NCBI GenBank assembly: GCA_043825875.1
Contig: JBDRRF010000117.1
Span: 1-42,980 of the forward strand
DNA length: 42,980 nt
Reading direction: 5' to 3'
Source: Pseudomonadota bacterium
GTDB taxonomy: Bacteria > Desulfobacterota > Desulfobacteria > Desulfobacterales > RPRI01
Shown here piece by piece: positions 1 to 6,418 of this stretch. The notes below the pieces were generated by a model. The model saw nothing but the letters and a program-made list of their open reading frames with translations, ran no database searches and was not told where the DNA came from. Positions within the stretch are counted from its first letter, which is position 1. Each line of letters opens with the position of its first letter. The position numbers and the translations under genes were made by a program.

Positions 1-82
1 TCGTCGTGACCTATATCAGCGGCAACCCTTCGCACTTCGAAAGAATCTCGAAAGTATTCTTCCGCATCATACCGAAGATTGT
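1..82. repeat. Terminal direct repeat / circular assembly overlap, left copy
   Basis: Bases 1-82 (TCGTCGTGACC...CCGAAGATTGT) are identical to 42899-42980. Confidence 0.97.
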
Positions 83-98
83 TTTCTTCCTTACTCAT
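1..98 (-). CDS. 5' part of a 104-aa hypothetical protein that spans the circular join (continues 42898 to 42682)
   Basis: ATG at 98 preceded by GGAAGGTGAGG; reads MSKEENNLRYDAEEYFRDSFEVRRVAADIGHDETY, in frame with ORF 42682..42933. Confidence 0.85.
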   Translation of the reverse strand, partial: MSKEENNLRYDAEEYFRDSFEVRRVAADIGHD

Positions 99-103
99 TG
101 GCC

Positions 104-445
104 TCACCTTCCTTTCCTTTCCATCGCATCCAGAGCAATCCAAACCGCTTCGGTGGGTGTTGCGGTTGAACCAGCAGTCATCCTCAATCCTGATGCGTCC
201 CAGCGCCATCCCGTCCACCCACCTATATGGTCTCTTATCGCAAGCTCTATCAGCATCGATTCAAGATCGGCGCGGGTTTTTCGATCCTCTGGCAGATTCA
301 ACAGTTGAGCTACGAAGTTACATAGCCTAACCACATCGACCCCGCCAGGAGGATACGCCATATGGTTGCCATGTTTACGCTTTTTGTATTTCTCCCGATA
401 TCGTATAATTTCGTTCTTAATAGCCTGCCTGATGTCATCCATCAT
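104..445 (-). CDS. Hypothetical phage protein (113 aa)
   Basis: ORF with AGGAGG RBS, co-oriented with neighbours. Confidence 0.7.
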   Translation of the reverse strand: MMDDIRQAIKNEIIRYREKYKKRKHGNHMAYPPGGVDVVRLCNFVAQLLNLPEDRKTRADLESMLIELAIRDHIGGWTGWRWDASGLRMTAGSTATPTEAVWIALDAMERKGR

Positions 446-495
446 TCCTCCTTGTCGTTATGCGGTCCGCATATACGTTTGTTATGCAGCACCGG

Positions 496-870
496 TCACT
501 TCAGTATCTGGCGGAGAGCCCAATACTCCGGGTTCACCAGGGCCGCAATGGCCCCCGACAGCTCCAGGCCCACGATCACCGCCACCAGCGCTGCAAATGC
601 GATTGATCCCGCCCACGCGAAGAATGCGCCGTCGCTGTCCCACTCGGCGCGCGGGTAGCGTTCGTCCTCAGTCTTGGGCGGCACCCGCGTTTTGCTGCGC
701 ACCCAGCGCAGCAGCAGAACCGCCATTGCCACCCAAGCGGCCATCACCGCCAGATTGATAACCCCCGTAATCGGCGCCTGTCGCAGCAGCACGCCCCACA
801 GGTATTCAGCAGTGGTGCCCAGCTTGTTGGCCAGCGCGGTCAAGGCTTGCAGTGTCTTGTCATCCATCAT
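496..870 (-). CDS. Two-TM membrane protein (LANKLGTTAEYLWGVLLRQA motif)
   Basis: GAGGAGG RBS; two hydrophobic segments; visibly more GC-rich than flanks. Confidence 0.8.
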   Translation of the reverse strand: MMDDKTLQALTALANKLGTTAEYLWGVLLRQAPITGVINLAVMAAWVAMAVLLLRWVRSKTRVPPKTEDERYPRAEWDSDGAFFAWAGSIAFAALVAVIVGLELSGAIAALVNPEYWALRQILK

Positions 871-924
871 TCCTCCTCCTCTAAATAGACAAGCAATAAA
901 ACATCCAGCCTGTGAATTTGAATA

Positions 925-1173
925 TTAGCATTCCATCAAAATCCTGCGCTTCGTCTCCTTTTCGTTGCACTTTTCACAACACGGGCCGACTACTCGCTCT
1001 TGATTGTGCCGAACGGAAACAAAATAGCTTTGATAATATCCCGTTATCACTTTACATGAACAATCGATGCATCTCATTGGGGGCGCTGTATAGCTTAAAT
1101 AAATTTCCCGTTCATGAGGTTCTTGTGTCCATGTTGTATATTCATTCTTTTTGTTTTTATCTTTGTCAATCAT
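925..1173 (-). CDS. Small Cys-rich, possibly Zn-binding protein (82 aa)
   Basis: ATG at 1173 (MIDKDK...); CIDC and CEKC motifs; follows the stop of the upstream small ORF. Confidence 0.55.
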   Translation of the reverse strand: MIDKDKNKKNEYTTWTQEPHEREIYLSYTAPPMRCIDCSCKVITGYYQSYFVSVRHNQERVVGPCCEKCNEKETKRRILMEC

Positions 1174-1178
1174 TGGGA

Positions 1179-1304
1179 TCACCAATAATGTATTACAAGA
1201 CAAGTGGACATTGCAAGAACCGCAAGCACAAACAAGCCAATGATTAAATTTTTGGCTAACTGCCATGCACCATTAAGAATTTTTGAAATGTAATCATCAT
1301 CCAT
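1179..1304 (-). CDS. Small single-TM protein (41 aa, MDDDYISKIL...VIHYW)
   Basis: Not in the ORF track; GAGGG RBS, fills the gap between genes, hydrophobic C-terminal half. Confidence 0.55.
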   Translation of the reverse strand: MDDDYISKILNGAWQLAKNLIIGLFVLAVLAMSTCLVIHYW

Positions 1305-1313
1305 CACACACCC

Positions 1314-1535
1314 TCATTCCTTTCCACGCTTTTTGAGCGGGGTAACCTTGCATTGGATAAGTTTACCTCCGCAGTTCTTTTTATGGTATTTCAACCAAGT
1401 ATTCCCATCCATTGGAATAAAGCCAATGGAGTAACCCCGATATAAAGCGAACCCTTGCCACTTGCAATTTTCCCAACGATCGCAATGCCACATATGCTTA
1501 TGATACTCTAATTCTTTTTTATCTTGACCCATCAT
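1314..1535 (-). CDS. Hypothetical protein (73 aa)
   Basis: Co-oriented ORF in the small-gene array; Cys/His-rich. Confidence 0.6.
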   Translation of the reverse strand: MMGQDKKELEYHKHMWHCDRWENCKWQGFALYRGYSIGFIPMDGNTWLKYHKKNCGGKLIQCKVTPLKKRGKE

Positions 1536-1558
1536 TCACACTTTTCATTCTACATACG

Positions 1559-1747
1559 CTAATGATATTTGCTTGTGTTTGTCGCATTGACTATTGCGGC
1601 TTTTAAGTCGTTTGCGTCTACAATTCTTTCTTCTTCCCCAATCTCTATAATAATAAGATTGTCATAGTGAAGATGGCTATAAACACGTATTGCTGTTTTT
1701 TCTGGATAGTCATTCGTCGAGACCTCATTGGTAACATTTATCATCAT
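1559..1747 (-). CDS. Hypothetical phage protein (62 aa, MMINVTNEV...)
   Basis: ATGA overlap with the upstream stop and a GAGGAGG RBS; the ORF-track extension to 1882 is unlikely. Confidence 0.7.
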   Translation of the reverse strand: MMINVTNEVSTNDYPEKTAIRVYSHLHYDNLIIIEIGEEERIVDANDLKAAIVNATNTSKYH

Positions 1748-1962
1748 TCCTCCTCTTTCCATCGGCGCACCTCGAACGGACCGATCATGAACGCCCACCG
1801 GTAAATAAGTTGGTATCCGCTGTTCTCGAACCGCGTAAAGTGGATGAACGGCCACCACGTTGCCGAGCGAAAAATCGGCCACCAGACAAACTGAAAGCCA
1901 ACCAACACGTGAGGGTCGAACATACTAACCAATCGATGCACTCGGCTCGCTATCTCTCGCAT
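1744..1962 (-). CDS. Trp/Phe-rich hypothetical protein (72 aa)
   Basis: GAGGAG RBS; translationally coupled to the downstream gene. Confidence 0.65.
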   Translation of the reverse strand: MREIASRVHRLVSMFDPHVLVGFQFVWWPIFRSATWWPFIHFTRFENSGYQLIYRWAFMIGPFEVRRWKEEE

Positions 1963-1981
1963 GTGATCTCTCCTCTAAAAC

Positions 1982-2051
1982 TCCCGCTGGCAGGATTCGA
2001 ACCTGCCGTGCCCATATGCCGTATATGTCGTGCGCGTCACGACGCAGCGGG
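1982..2051 (-). ncRNA. tRNA-like RNA with intact acceptor stem and T-arm but aberrant D and anticodon arms
   Basis: CCCGCTG/CAGCGGG 7-bp acceptor stem; GCAGG-TTCGAAT-CCTGC T-arm; internal hairpins GTCGTG/CACGAC and CATAT/ATATG; no U8, no D-loop GG, no canonical 7-nt anticodon loop. Confidence 0.7.
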
Positions 2052-2063
2052 GGAAGTTGTCAA

Positions 2064-2450
2064 CTACATATCGATTCGTTCGTGATCAATTCCCATGGTA
2101 TTGCAATGCAGGCACATATACAACCCATCGACAATAACATACGCAGTACCCGGAGTTGTATCTTCCCATCCGAATTGAAGAGATGATCCTGACGGCGAAC
2201 TCCATTCGCAACTTGCTTCACCGATTTTAGAATCTGTATCGTCGTATTCATTTATCGTGAACGATGCAAAATTCTGATGCGGTGGATTAACACCACCAAA
2301 AGACAGGGAAATAGTGAACGACTCACCATTAGAAGATCCGGTTACATTGCACCATGGCGCACAAATACGACCACCCGGTGGCTCAGGATCGATAGCATAT
2401 GCTCCGAAACAAACGGCAAGTCCAACAATAAGAACCAGTAACGTTTTCAT
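2064..2450 (-). CDS. Secreted/periplasmic Cys-containing protein (128 aa)
   Basis: AAAGGA RBS; signal peptide MKTLLVLIVGLAVCFGAYA with an AxA cleavage motif; several Cys. Confidence 0.75.
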   Translation of the reverse strand: MKTLLVLIVGLAVCFGAYAIDPEPPGGRICAPWCNVTGSSNGESFTISLSFGGVNPPHQNFASFTINEYDDTDSKIGEASCEWSSPSGSSLQFGWEDTTPGTAYVIVDGLYMCLHCNTMGIDHERIDM

Positions 2451-2480
2451 GTTTTTTCCTTTCATAGTTTGGAGTTTAAA

Positions 2481-2580
2481 AAGCAGCGCGCCCGGTAAAA
2501 GAAAGATTCGGTTGCTATTGAAACTTGGCTTTTCATCTTAAACTGTGCGATAATTCCAAAGAACTATGGGCGCGCTGCCT
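2481..2580 (-). ncRNA. Stem-closed small RNA element A (paralog of element D)
   Basis: AGGCAGCGCGCCC/GGGCGCGCTGCTT closing stem; loop shares GTTCTTTGGAATTA, AGTTTAAGATGAAAAGC and TAGYAACCGA with 3667-3773. Confidence 0.7.
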
Positions 2581-2591
2581 AATTTTTAAAC

Positions 2592-2750
2592 AGCGGGCAG
2601 AAGAACCATTAGAAACCTAGATCGAAACAACGTCCAATTCGTCTTTTACGTATTTGACAAAGGGTTTATCTGCCCGAACTTATCAGGCTCTGCTTTCGCA
2701 GGTGCTTTGTAAAAGAACTAAAAAAAGAACCGATAAATCTCCTGCCCGCT
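2592..2750 (-). ncRNA. Stem-closed structured RNA element B
   Basis: AGCGGGCAGGAG/CTTCTGCCCGCT closing stem (G-U pair on minus strand); internal CTGC-GAAA-GCAG and GCCTGA/TCGGGC hairpins enclosed by ACAAAG/CTTTGT. Confidence 0.65.
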
Positions 2751-2755
2751 TCTTG

Positions 2756-3253
2756 TTATTTTTTCTTTGATTGCTCAACCATAGGTTCAGCCGGCGAACT
2801 CTCCGGCATGTCAACAGGATTTGCGCTCTCCACGTATCCCGAAAGAAAATCTTCCATGGCCTTAATCATGGACCTGATTCTGTTTTCGTCTTGCGCTTGA
2901 ATGCCCGTACTCTGTCTTGAACTTTGAGACAAAACAACTTCATCCCTGAGAGTTGACATGTAATTGACAACATCAGTAATCATTTCATTTGATACCTGGA
3001 AAACCTCCACCATGGGCGCCAATACATAAGGCTGTGGCGTCGTTTTGGGAAGATCCTGGATCGGTTGGCCAACAACCCAATCAACGTAACTTGTGAGATT
3101 CGTTAAATACTGCTTGCATCTCTCAACGTCATGCGAATTGAAATTGTTGGTGTTTGCCGATTGGGAATACAATTGCTCGGTGATGTACCGATTCAACCTG
3201 TTCACAATCCCGCAAATGTTCATGTTATAACAAACAGTTTCGGATTCAGGCAT
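2756..3253 (-). CDS. Hypothetical helical protein with an internal two-fold repeat (165 aa)
   Basis: AAGGAG RBS; both halves share an N-x2-I-x3-N...E-x3-SQS...D-x2-R...D-x-P-x3-P pattern. Confidence 0.85.
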   Translation of the reverse strand: MPESETVCYNMNICGIVNRLNRYITEQLYSQSANTNNFNSHDVERCKQYLTNLTSYVDWVVGQPIQDLPKTTPQPYVLAPMVEVFQVSNEMITDVVNYMSTLRDEVVLSQSSRQSTGIQAQDENRIRSMIKAMEDFLSGYVESANPVDMPESSPAEPMVEQSKKK

Positions 3254-3264
3254 TTCTTAACTCC

Positions 3265-3531
3265 TTATTTAATTCGTTCCGCTTCGGGTGAAATAACGGG
3301 CAATTCCTCCGCAACAGAAGATTCCCGCTGAGGTCCAAAGGACCGCCAATTTTCTAAATCGATCCGGTTTTCGGCTAAGATATTCCATGCCATTAAAACC
3401 GTAATAAACAAACAGACACCTGTTATTATTCTGGTACTTTTGTGTTCGCCCTTACAAATTGTGTATCGATACATCTCGATACCTACATACAAAACGATTG
3501 CAAGTGACGCATAAACATGACTGTCAAACAA
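3265..3531 (-). CDS. Two-TM small membrane protein (88 aa)
   Basis: AAGGAG RBS with TTG start; two hydrophobic stretches. Confidence 0.7.
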   Translation of the reverse strand: MFDSHVYASLAIVLYVGIEMYRYTICKGEHKSTRIITGVCLFITVLMAWNILAENRIDLENWRSFGPQRESSVAEELPVISPEAERIK

Positions 3532-3550
3532 TTCGATCTCCTTTCAATAG

Positions 3551-3642
3551 GAGGAAGCACGGCGCCAGGAGGAGAACGGAAATGAAGAACCGCCATTCAA
3601 AACCAAATGTCAATTTTGAATGTAAAGACGCCATGCCTCCTC
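3551..3642 (-). ncRNA. Stem-closed small RNA element C with an exposed anti-SD/anti-AUG segment
   Basis: 16-bp stem GAGGAGGCATGGCGTC/GGCGCCGTGCTTCCTC, fully paired only on the minus strand through three G-U pairs; internal CATTCAAAA/TTTTGAATG hairpin. Confidence 0.65.
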
Positions 3643-3666
3643 GTCTCTTTTTTTCAAAAATAAAAA

Positions 3667-3773
3667 GAACGGTGAGCCCCGTTAAAACAGTCGGTTACTA
3701 CCTGTACCTAAGCTTTTCATCTTAAACTTATGCATGTCTTATTTAATTCCAAAGAACGTAGGGCGCACCGTTC
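3667..3773 (-). ncRNA. Stem-closed small RNA element D (paralog of element A)
   Basis: GAACGGTGCGCCC/GGGCTCACCGTTC stem followed by a U-rich tract; same three conserved loop motifs as A. Confidence 0.7.
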
Positions 3774-3784
3774 ATATTTTAAAT

Positions 3785-3849
3785 GGGACGGTTGGCTTAT
3801 GTGAGGTCGTCGGAAAGAAGTAAGAGGGAAAGAATTGACCAACCGCCCC
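3785..3849 (-). ncRNA. Stem-closed small RNA element E with a pyrimidine-rich loop
   Basis: GGGGCGGTTGG/CCAACCGTCCC stem (G-U pair on minus strand); loop TCAATTCTTTCCCTCTTACTTCTTTCCG. Confidence 0.6.
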
Positions 3850-3856
3850 TTGTAGA

Positions 3857-4345
3857 TTAAAAAGGTAAATCAGTAAGACCAGTTGAAGCCGCGGCCCCGT
3901 CAGTAAAACCCAAAGTCTCCAATTGGGCAAAACCATCCTTCACGTTTTTGATGTCAGCCATAAAAGGCATATTGCGCATGTCATCAAGATAGCGCGTCAA
4001 TTCGCTGATCTTGAAATCCTTTATGCCGAGCCCCGTAAAAAAAGCTTTCAAGAATCGCCCCTGCCTGATCATTTCAGGCACTTCCTCCGCCCATTGCTTT
4101 GTGACGACAGGAAAGTAAATTGAAGCTTCACAACCCCTGTTGTTCACATTGTCATCACATCCAAGCAGATTGATGATTAACTGAGGTCTGCCGTAATACT
4201 TGCTGCTCGACTTGTTGTTTTTATTGAGTGTATATCTGTCAACGTAAATAGCCTGACGTCCGGGTTTCAATTCACCATCACCCATATTTTTATACAGATC
4301 ATCTGATCCGCCCAATTCTTCACTGACATTAAAATCATCAATCAT
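3857..4345 (-). CDS. Putative single-stranded DNA-binding protein (DUF669-like)
   Basis: Directly downstream of the Sak4-like ATPase; C-terminal TDLPF tail typical of SSBs. Confidence 0.7.
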   Translation of the reverse strand: MIDDFNVSEELGGSDDLYKNMGDGELKPGRQAIYVDRYTLNKNNKSSSKYYGRPQLIINLLGCDDNVNNRGCEASIYFPVVTKQWAEEVPEMIRQGRFLKAFFTGLGIKDFKISELTRYLDDMRNMPFMADIKNVKDGFAQLETLGFTDGAAASTGLTDLPF

Positions 4346-5105
4346 TTGCTTTCTCCTTAAAGAAGGCCGCTATCTTGGCCCAACATTGTTCCTCTGGCTC
4401 CACAATAATTTCACCAGAGCCCTTGAGATATTTGGTGCAGTCTTTTGCGATATATTGTGTCGAAGGCGTGAATGAAATACAACGCCTTTCAGTAAAAACC
4501 CCATCCACCATGACGCCTTTAATGTACATCCTGCCAATCATGTCGGTCATCCCATTGACGATTTTCCAACAAGTTGGTATCATATCGGGCTTAATCATTT
4601 CCCGCACAACTCCGGCATATTCGGTTTCTTTCACCGCCTCGTGGCAGATCATAACAATGCCAAGACCTGATGAAGCCAAAGCATTAAAGGCATTGACCAT
4701 TTTAGTTTTTGCATAATCATAGCCTTTGCCATGGCCTGAATCATTGATATGTTCCCAACCATTGTCATGGCACACCTCGTTCACGCCAAACTGCCAGAGG
4801 TTTCCAATCCCATCGACGACCACCGTCTTGAAATCATGGTCTTCGCCTAATAGGGCTTGAACCTGCTCTCTAAAATCGGCCCAACTATTTACATCCTTCC
4901 CCCATGTCTTAATCCATTTCTGGCGCTTGTCACAGCGTAAAAAATAAGGGTTATCCATCTGGCTCGCCATTGTCGTTTTGCCGACACCAGGCTGGCCGTA
5001 AATCAAGATCTTCCCTCGCAAGGGATCGGTCTCCACGGGATCGAAATCCTGAGCAAGCTTAGAATCCTTGTTTTCCATCTTCTGTGGTCCTTTCTCGTTT
5101 CTCAT
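4338..5105 (-). CDS. Sak4-like AAA_24 ATPase / single-strand annealing recombinase
   Basis: KILIYGQPGVGKTT Walker A, TVVVDG Walker B, GxGY and ICHE motifs; nuclease-Sak4-SSB gene order. Confidence 0.88.
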   Translation of the reverse strand: MRNEKGPQKMENKDSKLAQDFDPVETDPLRGKILIYGQPGVGKTTMASQMDNPYFLRCDKRQKWIKTWGKDVNSWADFREQVQALLGEDHDFKTVVVDGIGNLWQFGVNEVCHDNGWEHINDSGHGKGYDYAKTKMVNAFNALASSGLGIVMICHEAVKETEYAGVVREMIKPDMIPTCWKIVNGMTDMIGRMYIKGVMVDGVFTERRCISFTPSTQYIAKDCTKYLKGSGEIIVEPEEQCWAKIAAFFKEKAND

Positions 5106-6027
5106 TTTTCTCCTCCAGTTCAGGGTGATAATCAGACCCTACTTGATCATACAATTCTCTCCATCCTGGTTCCGCGAAACATATTGGCAAATATTTACAG
5201 GCATGATTATATGAAATACACGAAGTAGGATTCATGCTCCAAACTTTTGTATGGTAACAATCCGCCAATCTCCACAATATATTAAGAAGAGACGACGTAA
5301 CAGTTTTAGAATGACAATCTAAGGCAATGCAAGACGAATAATACTTCGTCACATTTTCAGATGATGCATATTCCGTTGCCATTCTTGAAAGATAATCGTC
5401 ATGGGATTCGTTTTTTTTCTGACGGATGCCCGGCCTTTTAATATAACGAAACTCAAAGCTACTCACATTTATATTAAATAATTTAGAATAGGCTTTACGA
5501 TAAAGTATCTGCTGTAAGTCTAATGAAAGCACCTTTTCAAACCATGACAATCCTACGTTACTGATACTGTCTTTTGTCTTATAATCAATTAATTGAACAG
5601 AATCGCGGACAGGCACAACCTCATCAATGCGACCACCAAACTCAAAATTATAAGGGATCGCGCGACCGTAGATATCATCCATAACATCCGACATGGGCAT
5701 TCTAATCAACACTTCAAATTCAGAACCCGGCAGGACTGGCCAAGGCGCGTTATAGGCGCCATGAAAAGCAATAGTTTCAATTTCTTTGCATGTAGATTCG
5801 TCAAACATACCGTTACGAAAAAGGTCTAATATCTCATTCTGCACTTTCAGCTTTATCTTGTTTGGCTCTACGCCTTTTCCGAAAAGCTCTTTTGCCAAAT
5901 GTAACATCGTACCAATTATCATAACTTTCGGCTTGTTCTTTTCTTGATAACCTAGAACTTGGCCTAGCTGATATTTTTTCTCGCAAGCCAAGAAATCTAA
6001 GATTGTAGTCTTTGTCAAAATCACCAT
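5059..6027 (-). CDS. PD-(D/E)XK (RecB/Cas4-like) exonuclease
   Basis: GRID...LIDYKT catalytic motif, Q-x3-Y, one N-terminal Cys plus three C-terminal Cys; AGGAGG RBS before ATG 6027. Confidence 0.85.
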   Translation of the reverse strand: MVILTKTTILDFLACEKKYQLGQVLGYQEKNKPKVMIIGTMLHLAKELFGKGVEPNKIKLKVQNEILDLFRNGMFDESTCKEIETIAFHGAYNAPWPVLPGSEFEVLIRMPMSDVMDDIYGRAIPYNFEFGGRIDEVVPVRDSVQLIDYKTKDSISNVGLSWFEKVLSLDLQQILYRKAYSKLFNINVSSFEFRYIKRPGIRQKKNESHDDYLSRMATEYASSENVTKYYSSCIALDCHSKTVTSSLLNILWRLADCYHTKVWSMNPTSCISYNHACKYLPICFAEPGWRELYDQVGSDYHPELEEKNEKRERTTEDGKQGF

Positions 6028-6358
6028 AATCATCCCTCCTTGAAACAAACTCCACGGTCAAAGCGAAAGATCCAAATCTTTTCTTGTTTATTTTATTATA
6101 CGCTTTAGCTATTGGAGAGAGAAGATACCGAATTGCTTCGCTAGTTGTTGACTTGGTGGCATCCGTATAATTCCTCACAAAATCACGCAAATGCGTATCA
6201 AGATCAATCACCATTTTGCCGCTATTATTGGCGCGCCGCTGGGCTTTCGACGTTTTCGCCGCGCGCGCTTTGCGCTTATATTGTTCTTCCGCTAAAATGT
6301 TTTTCGATAAACCGGAAGGGTCAATAGTTGTAAACGGGCTGTTGTCTTTTTTTGGCAT
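5834..6358 (-). CDS. Putative ribbon-helix-helix transcriptional regulator
   Basis: KMVIDLDTHLRDFVRNY...TTSEAIRYLL fits an RHH pattern; first gene after the consensus promoter; C-terminus overlaps the nuclease gene. Confidence 0.55.
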   Translation of the reverse strand: MPKKDNSPFTTIDPSGLSKNILAEEQYKRKARAAKTSKAQRRANNSGKMVIDLDTHLRDFVRNYTDATKSTTSEAIRYLLSPIAKAYNKINKKRFGSFALTVEFVSRRDDYGDFDKDYNLRFLGLREKISARPSSRLSRKEQAESYDNWYDVTFGKRAFRKRRRAKQDKAESAE

Positions 6359-6390
6359 AAACTCTCACTTTCTTAACTCTCAATGATGAG

Positions 6391-6418
6391 ATTATACCGC
6401 AAGACGCAACCTTGTCAA
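6391..6418 (-). promoter_or_regulatory. Sigma70-type promoter of the replication/recombination operon
   Basis: Exact TTGACA-N16-TATAAT on the minus strand in the intergenic gap. Confidence 0.85.

Noticed and set aside
1..82. Biological direct terminal repeat of the virion DNA
   Set aside because: It falls inside a gene with no special sequence features, so it is more likely an assembly overlap; the candidate terminus region is near 31500-31700
1982..2051. Functional tRNA-Pro(CGG), or an attP site derived from a tRNA
   Set aside because: The anticodon loop and conserved D-arm bases are non-canonical, and no integrase was found
1810..2085. Plus-strand 91-aa ORF containing LPLAGFEPA
   Set aside because: This is the typical antisense translation of a tRNA T-arm, not a gene
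2660..2705. Hammerhead ribozyme or c-di-GMP riboswitch in element B (CTGATAAG, GAAA)
   Set aside because: The order and spacing of core motifs fit neither consensus
2481..3849. CRISPR mini-array or simple terminators
   Set aside because: There are no regular repeat-spacer units, and the loops of roughly 40-135 nt are far too long for intrinsic terminators
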